A stretch of DNA of 64,000 nucleotides from contig JAXHVD010000009.1 in NCBI GenBank assembly GCA_034189385.1, positions 1 to 64,000 of the forward strand, given 5' to 3'. Under the pieces are notes generated by a model. The model made no database searches. It was not told the origin of the DNA and was given only the letters and a program-made list of their open reading frames with translations. The first letter of the stretch is position 1, and each line of letters begins with the position of its first letter. Shown here in pieces: positions 27,954-36,945 of this stretch. The position numbers were made by a program, and so were the translations under genes. The stretch comes from Thermodesulfobacteriota bacterium. GTDB lineage: Bacteria; Desulfobacterota; Desulfobacteria; Desulfobacterales; C00003060.

Positions 27954-30200
27954 TCAATCAAGGCTAATGGATTCATCGCATGCTTCTTCAGGTGCAGGGG
28001 GACGCTCCAAGTACCTCTTGCACAACGACAGATAGAATTGCGAAGGTCCGTCCTGCCCATCTACTTGCAGACATTTTTCGAATTTTGCTGTCGCCTCTTC
28101 CCACGATTTCTTTCTAAAAGCAGTAAGTGCTTCCAAAAAGAATGAACAGATCATTCGCTGTTTTTCGTCAGATTCTTGGGCACGACAAATGAGTTCGTGG
28201 ACCAAAACCGGCTTGGCTTTCCCCCTGAGAACAAACCGCCCCAGCTCCCTCGTCAACAGATCATCCAGCCCATTCACGACCTCCCCGGATGCCAATATGC
28301 GAGTCCCCAGCTGCTTATTCACGCTCTCTATCCTCGATACCGTGTTCACAATATCGCCCACAGCCCGATATTCGTAATGATCCATTGCACCAACATTGCC
28401 GACAAAGACGTGCCCCGAATGCAGACCAATCCGGGTTGGAAGCTGAAGAATCTCTGAAGACTGATTGAAACGATCAACGGCGCTGGCAATGTCCAAGGCG
28501 GCGGCGCAAGCCCCATACCTGAGTGTGGCATCATGGCCTGTCGTGGTCCACAACGCCATGATTGAATCGCCTACGACATCCGATACGATACCACCGCGGT
28601 TTCTAATAGGCCCAAATACCGCCTCATAATACTTATTCAGAAATCTGTTCAGTTCTTGGGGGTCCATGCGTTCCGATAGGGCGGTGTATTGTTCTGCATC
28701 CGTGCATAAGCAAATCCCATAGAGTACTTGCCCCTCTGATCCGATTTCGCCGATATTCTTGGCTATTTGATCTACTATTTTGTCGGGCAAGTAGTGCCCA
28801 AAAGCCGTTCTAATATCCTCACGCTCCTTACTTGTTTCAATATACTTCCACAAAACAGTGCCGAAGAATAAGAGAGGACCTTGAAACATAAGTGGTATGA
28901 CCACTGGATACCAAAGGCCCGCACACTCGAACCGATATTCTGCAACCAGGAGATAAGATAAGCTTAAGGCTCCCAGGCTTATGGCAGCCAATACGGTAGA
29001 GAACATACGGCACAAGATTCCCAAGAGAATCCCCCAAACAAGAAGAAGCCCAAGGTGTGTTGGTATAGAGAGCGGACGGATGGGCGTATCTTCCAAGAAA
29101 TTGGCAAAAGCCGTTGCAGCAATTTCCACACCACTGATGTCCACCCCTGTAGCTTGGGAAAAAACGGTATAGAAGCCGTCCCTCTGTTCGCTCTGAAGAT
29201 TCTCTGAAACGCCCACGAATACGGCTTTTCCTTCAAAATCCACATACTTTTGATAAGCGATTCTCTTCCGGTGAGGGACAATGTGATCGTAGGGTATGGT
29301 CGTAATGGTGGTAGCAGGGCCGTAAAAGTTCAGATAGAAACTGCCGGGGTTTTGATAGATCTTAATAAGAGATCTCAGAATCTGTTTATCCTTGGAGTCA
29401 AGCGATAGACGGTCCAACTTTGCCAACATCTTTTGACCGAGGAATGGGGCGGTGCGAAAGAGCGCCCTTTGCGCCTGAATGACCTTTTCAATGCCCTGAT
29501 TCCTGTACATGGTCTCTTTCCAGCGCGCTAATTCTTCCCTATGACAGAGGCTGGCGTCCTTTAGCAATTTGATGAACTCACCGTGGAGATCCCTGGCAAA
29601 AAGCTGGAATGCAACCACTGGAAGCGTGGGCACATCACCGGCACTGGCCTTAAATGTCCAACACTGGTTCACCCTGACAGGCACCTTTGGCAAGGGAAAA
29701 ATTGCTATAGCAGATGCAGATTCGGCAAGAGGATCAGTCGGTGGCACGAAGGTCTCAATACTGGCGTCTGCTCCATGAGTGCCCCTTTCGTCATTGAAGT
29801 CCACTGTCTTCTTTGTAAGGTGACCACAGAGCGCAACGTTTCCCGCCTCCTTCATGGCCCGGGCAAAGGCCTTGTCATGTTCTGATGAGCATGGTTCTCG
29901 GAAAAAAACGTCAAAGACGATCACGGCTGAACCCTCGGCAGCCAATATCTCAATGAGTTGGGCGTGGAGGTAGTGTGGCCAATCCTCGGCTTCTCCTGGT
30001 ACCCCAAGCTTTTCAGCAGAGGCTTTGTCTATTGACACGACAACGACATCAGGAGGAGGTTCTCTCGGGCCGCGCAGTTTAAACAACCAGTGAAGACCAA
30101 TAGTCTCCTCCAGAAAAAGTCCGGCAGAAGTGATGCTCAATACAAACCCGAGCACTCCTGTCAGAACACCTGCGATGAATCCTTTGGACAGACCAGACAT
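27954..30200 (-). CDS. CHASE2-domain adenylate/guanylate cyclase
   Basis: CHASE2 (VVSID, VFDVFF, SGVEI.A), three TMs, class III cyclase (GDS.MA, RIGLHSG, GDIVN..SRIE, GK). Confidence 0.9.
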   Translation of the reverse strand: MSGLSKGFIAGVLTGVLGFVLSITSAGLFLEETIGLHWLFKLRGPREPPPDVVVVSIDKASAEKLGVPGEAEDWPHYLHAQLIEILAAEGSAVIVFDVFFREPCSSEHDKAFARAMKEAGNVALCGHLTKKTVDFNDERGTHGADASIETFVPPTDPLAESASAIAIFPLPKVPVRVNQCWTFKASAGDVPTLPVVAFQLFARDLHGEFIKLLKDASLCHREELARWKETMYRNQGIEKVIQAQRALFRTAPFLGQKMLAKLDRLSLDSKDKQILRSLIKIYQNPGSFYLNFYGPATTITTIPYDHIVPHRKRIAYQKYVDFEGKAVFVGVSENLQSEQRDGFYTVFSQATGVDISGVEIAATAFANFLEDTPIRPLSIPTHLGLLLVWGILLGILCRMFSTVLAAISLGALSLSYLLVAEYRFECAGLWYPVVIPLMFQGPLLFFGTVLWKYIETSKEREDIRTAFGHYLPDKIVDQIAKNIGEIGSEGQVLYGICLCTDAEQYTALSERMDPQELNRFLNKYYEAVFGPIRNRGGIVSDVVGDSIMALWTTTGHDATLRYGACAAALDIASAVDRFNQSSEILQLPTRIGLHSGHVFVGNVGAMDHYEYRAVGDIVNTVSRIESVNKQLGTRILASGEVVNGLDDLLTRELGRFVLRGKAKPVLVHELICRAQESDEKQRMICSFFLEALTAFRKKSWEEATAKFEKCLQVDGQDGPSQFYLSLCKRYLERPPAPEEACDESISLD

Positions 30201-30220
30201 TGCTCCACGATAGTGTTGAA

Positions 30221-30263
30221 CCGAATAAGCGAGCGCATTCTCCACAGGAGAGCTACCGCAGCC
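30221..30263 (+). mobile_element. Left-end fragment of the PATE-like element
   Basis: TTGAA|CCGAATAAGCGAGCGCATTCTCCACAGGAGAGCTACCGCAGCCC, reverse complement of 16441-16484. Confidence 0.7.
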
Positions 30264-30360
30264 CTCGTGGATTGATTTTGACGAGCTCCATTGAAGGGCA
30301 CCGTTCTGTCTCCTGTGTTCGTACTTTCCAGGTTTTCTTCAGACCAATCATCCTTATCTT

Positions 30361-30926
30361 TTAGGACTTCAAACCGATAGCCCCCTCAAAAGGCGTGCCA
30401 ATGGAAACGACCCTTCTGATTTTCTTCCTCTGCCCGTAGCGTTTGAGATAGTCCGCAATAATGAGCCCGCCCATGGAGTGTCCGACCAGATCAACGCCAA
30501 ATCTCCTTCTCTTGTAGTGAGGCAGTAACTTGGTTCGGTCCATTACCTCATCGACGAAATAGTCCAGCACGTCAGCCGTCAAGGCTGCAATCCTGACGCC
30601 AGTCATAGTCAAAGGGAAAAACAGGGGTGACCTGACCATCTCCTTGAAGTTCGTCTCTTAGCGATTCGACCAAGTCTTCATAGACTAATTGAAGACCCTG
30701 CAGCAAACTGCAGGGAATGCGCTCGCTTATTCGGTTCAAAGATCGAAACAGCCCTGACCCTGACAGGCTCCCTTGCCTCATAAGGGACATCGTCTGGATG
30801 AAGCGCGATGCGATCGTACTTCTTCTTCAGCACGGTGGACCACACAGCTTCAGGTGGTATGGGATAGAAGTCATCAAGATTTGAAGCAGTGATTCCTGGC
30901 ACGACCATGACTGGCGGCTGTATCAT
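30361..30926 (-). pseudogene. LCAT/PGAP1-like alpha/beta-hydrolase pseudogene
   Basis: VVPGI.AS, FDYDWR, GHSMGG and GTPF.G are spread over three frames; truncated. Confidence 0.85.
30689..30734 (-). mobile_element. 46-bp minimal PATE-like insertion
   Basis: TTGAA|CCGAATAAGCGAGCGCATTCCCTGCAGTTTGCTGCAGGGTCTTCAA; removing it restores the frame SIFELVYE. Confidence 0.8.
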
Positions 30927-31367
30927 GTTGACCCCCCCTCTAGGGATACGCACAAAGCTACAAATGCGCAGCTACAGGTTCATGGGCGTCCGCTAGTGAT
31001 ACAACAAATGGATGAGCTTGGCTGCGACGAGGATCTGCACTCCTGTCAGCACAGAAAACGTGCTGTCAGGAGCCGGGCAGGCACAGTTTGAGGTGTTGCT
31101 CCATGTTGCACCCTTGATTTTGGGTTAGAGCAAGGTATAAAAACGGATGAAGAGCCACCAGGGTTGGGCCGGATCTTGAGACTTTTCAATAGGCCTTTCG
31201 AACGTTCATTGGGAGCTTTTGGGGGTACCCATTCCCGACTCTGTCGGGGTGAGGGGACCACCCTGGCAGATCAAACTATTTTTTCATACCAGGTGAGAAT
31301 AAGCAAGTCAATACCAAGGGGTCCCTTTCAGAGATGTGCCATTTCAACGGGACCTTAACGGACCCCT

Positions 31368-31697
31368 CTACTTACTGGTATCCTCCACCACAAAGGGGGT
31401 GCATCTCACGCCAATGCGCCCTTTCTTGACCCAGAGTCGGACCATGGTAATGGATTCCCCCTCTGGGGTGACAAGACTGGGGAGCTCTTGAATCCCTTCC
31501 ACATCGGCGGTCTTAAACTCATAATAAAACATCTGGGTGCTCAAGGGATCTGCCACGAGGATAATCTTATTTTCGTCACAAGGATGTTTCTGAGGCGTCC
31601 CGCTGAATGGAACATGATGGCGGCGTAGGGCCTGCAATTTTTTGTAAGCGTCTACTTCAAACTTCTTGGCTTTCTGCAAAAATTTCTGAATACCCAT
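31368..31697 (-). CDS. Hypothetical protein
   Basis: 109 aa, GGAGG RBS, VPFSGTPQKHP..ILVADP..YYEF; function not recognised. Confidence 0.75.
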   Translation of the reverse strand: MGIQKFLQKAKKFEVDAYKKLQALRRHHVPFSGTPQKHPCDENKIILVADPLSTQMFYYEFKTADVEGIQELPSLVTPEGESITMVRLWVKKGRIGVRCTPFVVEDTSK

Positions 31698-31839
31698 GTG
31701 CTCCCTCCGTGCGATCAGAAAGTGCTATGATGACAACATGAAAAGATTGTCGTTTCAATAGGTTGACCAGATAGAAGGAGAGACCCCCCCTTTTCATTGC
31801 ATGGTTCAAACAAGCATTTATGTGCCAAGCACGGCTGTC

Positions 31840-32964
31840 TTAGACCTCATGAGACCATGGCCACCCCTGAATGTCCAGATTTGTAAGACCTGCTTGCTCG
31901 GCCCATTTTACGGCCTCATCGTATTCTTTCCGGGTTAATCTTCGGGAAATCTCCGGATAGTCAAAGGCCTTGTACATGGGCCTGTACTGGGACATCAGAT
32001 TGACATAGGTGTCTTTCGGAAGGTTTTCCCCTATCCAGTGAATGACCTCTTTGGTTCCGCCCACGCCGTTCGGCATGACCAGATGACGTATCATCAAGCC
32101 CCTGTCCATGACACCATCTTCGGCAGGTCTTGCCACGCCCACCTGGCGGTGCATTTCAAGGAGAGCCGCCTTTGTCACTTCCGGATAGGTCTCTGAACCT
32201 GAAGAGTAGGTTGCCGCCATCTTGCCGTTAGCATACTTGAAATCAGGTAAATAGATGTCGATGATGCCGTCGAGCTCTTTTAGAATCTCCACACGCTCCC
32301 ATCCGCACGTGTTGTATACAAGAGGAAGCCGCAACCCTTTGCCAGCTGCCATGTCAACGGCAAGAACAATATGGGCTGCGTAATGGGTGGGCGTTACGAA
32401 ATTGATGTTATGGCACCCCATCTCTTGCAGCTTGAGCATCATTTCCGCCATCTCTGCAATGCCTGTGGACCTTCCACTTCCTCCTTGGCTGATCTCCCAG
32501 TTGATGCAAAAGACGCATCTAAGCCCACAATTGGTCAGAAATATGGTTCCAGAGCCCCCTTTCCCAACGAGGGGCCTTTCTTCTCCAAAATGGGGGTGAT
32601 AGGACGACACCTCCAGTTGAGAAGAAGCTTGACAGAACCCCTCTTCTCCACCGATACGGTTCACCCCGCACCGTCTGGGACAGAGTTCACAGCTCTCCAT
32701 CATGTCCCAGAGCGCTTCTCCTCTTTTCTTCAGCTCTCCCTTTCTGTGCAGTCTCAAGTAGGCTGGCTCGAAATGGGAGGCGATGTTGGCTGCTCCTTTG
32801 ACTGCCGGAAGCTCGTTCTTTCCCGGGCCAACGCCCTTTGACAGGGAGGCTCGTTCTTCCTCTTTCCTGCATCCGGCACACAGTGAGACAAGGGAAGGGG
32901 TCCATCCTGCCACGAGGAACCAGCAGAAGGATCTGCAAAAGGCTCTTCTTGACTGTTCCTTCAT
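31840..32964 (-). CDS. PflX-like radical SAM protein
   Basis: CELCPRRCGVNR, HFGEE..LVG..GSGTIF, CGLRCVFC, INFVTPTH, YLPDFKY, IRHLVMP, MSQYRP. Confidence 0.9.
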   Translation of the reverse strand: MKEQSRRAFCRSFCWFLVAGWTPSLVSLCAGCRKEEERASLSKGVGPGKNELPAVKGAANIASHFEPAYLRLHRKGELKKRGEALWDMMESCELCPRRCGVNRIGGEEGFCQASSQLEVSSYHPHFGEERPLVGKGGSGTIFLTNCGLRCVFCINWEISQGGSGRSTGIAEMAEMMLKLQEMGCHNINFVTPTHYAAHIVLAVDMAAGKGLRLPLVYNTCGWERVEILKELDGIIDIYLPDFKYANGKMAATYSSGSETYPEVTKAALLEMHRQVGVARPAEDGVMDRGLMIRHLVMPNGVGGTKEVIHWIGENLPKDTYVNLMSQYRPMYKAFDYPEISRRLTRKEYDEAVKWAEQAGLTNLDIQGWPWSHEV

Positions 32965-33546
32965 CCTGAAGATCCTCCAAAGAGGCTGTCGGAAACCTCC
33001 TGCCCATCCAACAGGTTCAGATCTCTCAAGAATTGCGCTCGCTTATTCGGTTCATGAGCAGGCACCATGCATGCCGGGCCCTTGGATTTCTTCTGTTTCA
33101 GCCCGTATACGATCTCAACGGGTGTTGCTCTTTGCACTTAGCAATAAGAACACTTATGAAACATACTTCAGAAAAGTCAAGACCATTATGAACTTGACCT
33201 CAGAACGGTCAGGCACCGGAAAGAAGGCGATTCGTTTTCAAATTGACGGTTACGTGATTTTGGCAGGCACAGGGAAACTGCAATAGGTGAAGGGCACCAG
33301 CAACCAGGTAGCAGCAGAAAAGAAGCCCGATCCAAGAAAGGCCGACCCTGCCAGTTGGCTGTAGCCGGCTATAGATGAGAGGCCTTAACATCGGGGCCTA
33401 TCATGGAGGCGCAGCCATCTGTCAATCCGCCCTCACTCTTGGGCGGTTGAAGGAAGATGTGTTGCTAAGATTGCTTCTTACACCTGGAAATAACAATCAT
33501 GCCAGCACTTAGAAGAATCAGTGTCGCAAGCGTAATCCAAGGCCTC

Positions 33547-36003
33547 CTATGGCACCGGCTGGAGGTTCCAGATCTCTCGGGCATATTCTAAGATCGTGCG
33601 GTCGGAAGAGAACTTGCCCGTCCGGGCCACGTTTAGAATCGCCTTTCGGGCCCAGAGGGAACGATCCCTGTATTCCCTAGAGGCCTTTTCCTGCGTCTCG
33701 AGATATGGTTGGAAATCCGCAAGGTGGAAGTAATAGTCTCCGTGACGCAGGATGCTGTCGCAGATGGGATGGAACAGGCCAGGGTTTTGGGGAGAGAACA
33801 TACCCGAACCAATGGCGTCCATCACCCGTTTTATGTTTGGATTCTCATTGTAGTAAGCCCAAGGATCGTAGCCGCCGCCATTTCGCATGTGGCGAATGTC
33901 CTCAACTTTCAGGCCGAATATATAGATGTTCTCCTCTCCCACTTCTTCCAGAATTTCCACATTGGCGCCGTCGAGGGTGCCGATGGTAAGGGCGCCGTTC
34001 ATTGCAAGCTTCATGTTGCCCGTACCCGAAGCCTCCATGCCTGCCGTTGAAATCTGCTGACTCAGATCAGCCGCAGGAACGATCCTCTCGGCAAGAGACA
34101 CCCGGTAGTCCGGCATAAAGGCCACCTTCATCTGTCTATTGACCCTGCGGTCCTTGTTGATGACGTCGCCTACGCTGCAGATCAGATTGATGATGAGCTT
34201 GGCCAGGAAGTATCCCGGCGCGGCTTTCCCCGCAAAGACATAAGTCTTGGGCACCGTCAGTTCCACGTGATCGTTCACGAGGTGCAAGTACTGGTAGATG
34301 ATGTGGAGAACACCGAGAAGCTGCCGTTTGTATTCGTGTATGCGCTTAATCTGGACATCAAAGAGCGTTTCCGGATCCACCTGAACCCGTGTCGTATCCA
34401 GAATGACCTCTGCGAGCTTTTCCTTGTTGGCCTTTTTGATGTCAAGGAACCGTTTCTGAAAAGCATCGTCATCAGCGTATGCCTCCAATTGCCTCAGTTT
34501 TCCAGAATCTATGATCCACCCATCACCGATTGTCTCCGTGATCAGCTCGGAGAGCAACGGGTTTGACTTCAAGAGCCAACGCCTTTGGGTCACGCCATTC
34601 GTCTTGTTGTTGAACTTCTCCGGCCACAATTGGTAGAAATCGGGCACGAGTGACGTCTTTACCAACTCGGAATGAAGAGCTGCCACCCCATTTACTGAAT
34701 GGCTTCCGACGATGGAAAGGTGGGCCATCCGCACCTGCTTTGTATCACCTTCCTCGATAATGGACATTCTCCGCACTCTGTCGCCGTCATTGGGCCAACG
34801 AGCGGAAACCTTTTTCAGGAAACGGTGGTTGATCTCGTAGATAATCTGAAGGTGCCTGGGAAGCACATGTTCCAGAAGTGGAACGGGCCACGTTTCCAAC
34901 GCTTCCGGGAGCAGCGTATGGTTGGTGTAGCCCAGGGTGGCCTCTGTGATTTGCCATGCCTCTTCCCAATCCAGGTCATGTTCGTCAATGAAAGTCCGAA
35001 CCAGTTCTGCCACCGTAAGGGCAGGGTGCGTATCATTGAGCTGGATCGCTACTTTGTCTGCAAAGGCATCCAGTGTTTCATGGTCTCCGAGGTATCTTCT
35101 CATGATATCCCTGACCGCACAGGCGACAAGAAAGTATTCCTGGACGAGTCGCAGTTCCTTGCCGGGCTCGACGGAATCGCAGGGGTACAACACCTTTGAG
35201 ACCGTCTCTGAAGATATCTTCTGCTGCACTGCCTTAAAGTAATCACCCTCGTTGAAGATCCGCATATCGAATTCGTCTGAGGATCTGGCAGAAAAGAGTC
35301 TCAGATAATTGACTGTCTTGCCGCCGAATCCCACGATGGGAACGTCGTGGGGAACCCCAATCAGGATGTTCCAGCCCAACCACATGGGATTGTCGTTTCC
35401 AGACCGATCGGGCAGGTGTTCTATTCTGCCGTAGACGGGAACAATGCATGCCTCCTCAAGACGTTCCATCAGCCAGGGGTTCTCTTCGCTGTACCAGTGA
35501 TCAGGCCGCTCCTTCTGATGACCGTTGTCTATCTCTTGCCTGAAGATACCGAATTCATAATTGATCCCATACCCGTAGCCGGGCAGCCCAAGCGTTGCCA
35601 GGGAATCGAGAAAACACGCCGCCAGCCTTCCCAACCCGCCATTTCCAAGGGCTGCATCGACTTCGCTGTTGCGTATTTCCTCCATATCAATGCCCATGTC
35701 GGACAAGGCGTCCTTAGCCAGGTCAAAGATTCCCAAGTTGTAGAGGTTGTTTCCGAGGGCTCTTCCCATGAGAAATTCCATTGACAGATAGTACAGCCGC
35801 TTGGCGTCTTCTCCTTCGTAACGCGCCTTTGTCGCCAGCATCACATCGACGAGCCGTTCCCTCACGGCAAGGGCAACGGCTTTGTAGTAATCTCTCATTG
35901 AAGCCTGGTCCCTGGATTTTCCACTCGAATACTTCACGTGGTAAAGTATCGATTTCTGGAAATCCGTTACTGCCGTTTTTGAAGTCTTGGCGTTCTTCGT
36001 CAT
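33547..36003 (-). CDS. glgP: Glycogen/starch phosphorylase
   Basis: YLSMEFLMGR, LGNGGLGRLAACF, QLNDTHP, EASGTGNMK, FSSDRTI. Confidence 0.96.
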   Translation of the reverse strand: MTKNAKTSKTAVTDFQKSILYHVKYSSGKSRDQASMRDYYKAVALAVRERLVDVMLATKARYEGEDAKRLYYLSMEFLMGRALGNNLYNLGIFDLAKDALSDMGIDMEEIRNSEVDAALGNGGLGRLAACFLDSLATLGLPGYGYGINYEFGIFRQEIDNGHQKERPDHWYSEENPWLMERLEEACIVPVYGRIEHLPDRSGNDNPMWLGWNILIGVPHDVPIVGFGGKTVNYLRLFSARSSDEFDMRIFNEGDYFKAVQQKISSETVSKVLYPCDSVEPGKELRLVQEYFLVACAVRDIMRRYLGDHETLDAFADKVAIQLNDTHPALTVAELVRTFIDEHDLDWEEAWQITEATLGYTNHTLLPEALETWPVPLLEHVLPRHLQIIYEINHRFLKKVSARWPNDGDRVRRMSIIEEGDTKQVRMAHLSIVGSHSVNGVAALHSELVKTSLVPDFYQLWPEKFNNKTNGVTQRRWLLKSNPLLSELITETIGDGWIIDSGKLRQLEAYADDDAFQKRFLDIKKANKEKLAEVILDTTRVQVDPETLFDVQIKRIHEYKRQLLGVLHIIYQYLHLVNDHVELTVPKTYVFAGKAAPGYFLAKLIINLICSVGDVINKDRRVNRQMKVAFMPDYRVSLAERIVPAADLSQQISTAGMEASGTGNMKLAMNGALTIGTLDGANVEILEEVGEENIYIFGLKVEDIRHMRNGGGYDPWAYYNENPNIKRVMDAIGSGMFSPQNPGLFHPICDSILRHGDYYFHLADFQPYLETQEKASREYRDRSLWARKAILNVARTGKFSSDRTILEYAREIWNLQPVP

Positions 36004-36047
36004 CACGATTCCTCCTCGGAGCATATCGGGCCGTCGGCAGGAAAGCG

Positions 36048-36389
36048 TTATTCGACGGACAAAGCGCGCACAGCGTCCTGCTGCTCTTCAAATATACGGA
36101 ACACCTTGTTCATTCTTGTCAGCTTGAACATTCTCATAACGGGGTCCGGTGCACCGCAGATGAGGATGTCGCCGTCTCCTCCCATCAACTTGAGGGCAGA
36201 GACTAAAGCGCCCAGTCCGCTGCTATCCACGAAATCGACTGCAGAGATGTCCAGGATGATGCGGCGATTTCCATCGGAAACAAAGCCTGACATGGCTTTT
36301 CTAAAATCGTCTGCACCCCTGGCATCCAGCCTGTCGTTCAATATTTTGGCTACCAGAATGTCTCCTTCTCTCCTCTGTTCAATCTCCAT
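36048..36389 (-). CDS. STAS-domain anti-sigma factor antagonist (RsbV-like)
   Basis: LDIS.VDFVDSSGLGALV. Confidence 0.92.
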   Translation of the reverse strand: MEIEQRREGDILVAKILNDRLDARGADDFRKAMSGFVSDGNRRIILDISAVDFVDSSGLGALVSALKLMGGDGDILICGAPDPVMRMFKLTRMNKVFRIFEEQQDAVRALSVE

Positions 36390-36861
36390 CTTGGCCTCCC
36401 GTACAGCGTCTAGTCTTTTCTCCTGAACCGAAGAACTTTGTCAGCGAAAGGCAGTTCTTCCCGCCCTTGCTTTGGTAAATCACCGCATCCATGATTTCCT
36501 TGATGATGGGAAGGCCTCTTCCCTGCTCGGCGAGGCCATCAATGTCGTCATGGTCGATTTCCAGCATCGCGACGTCCGCCTCTGCCAAGTGTCTCTGATC
36601 CATAGGCTTCCCAGTGTCACAGACATCTACAACGAGCCGGTCCTGCCCGAGGGCGAAACGTACTTCAACCTCGTGTCCTCTTTGCTTGCCATAGGCGTGC
36701 TCAACACAGTTGTTCACCGCTTCAACCACACATAGTTCGATGTCATGAGGTGAAATGTCGCAAGGAGAGACCATGGAAACCAATCCATTGATGGTCCTGC
36801 CGACGAGAGAGACGTTTTTCAGCTCGCTGTCAATGACCAGCTTGATTTCCTTGTGCTCCAT
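36379..36861 (-). CDS. Anti-sigma factor/Ser kinase (RsbW-like)
   Basis: EAVNNCVEHAY, D.G, GRGL.II...MD. Confidence 0.9.
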   Translation of the reverse strand: MEHKEIKLVIDSELKNVSLVGRTINGLVSMVSPCDISPHDIELCVVEAVNNCVEHAYGKQRGHEVEVRFALGQDRLVVDVCDTGKPMDQRHLAEADVAMLEIDHDDIDGLAEQGRGLPIIKEIMDAVIYQSKGGKNCLSLTKFFGSGEKTRRCTGGQDGD

Positions 36862-36945
36862 ACGTTCACCATTGACGAAGGGCCAACGATAGCGTGATTG
36901 AAAATCCCTGCAAGGAGGTGCGCGGAATCCGCTCTCCGCTGTCGT

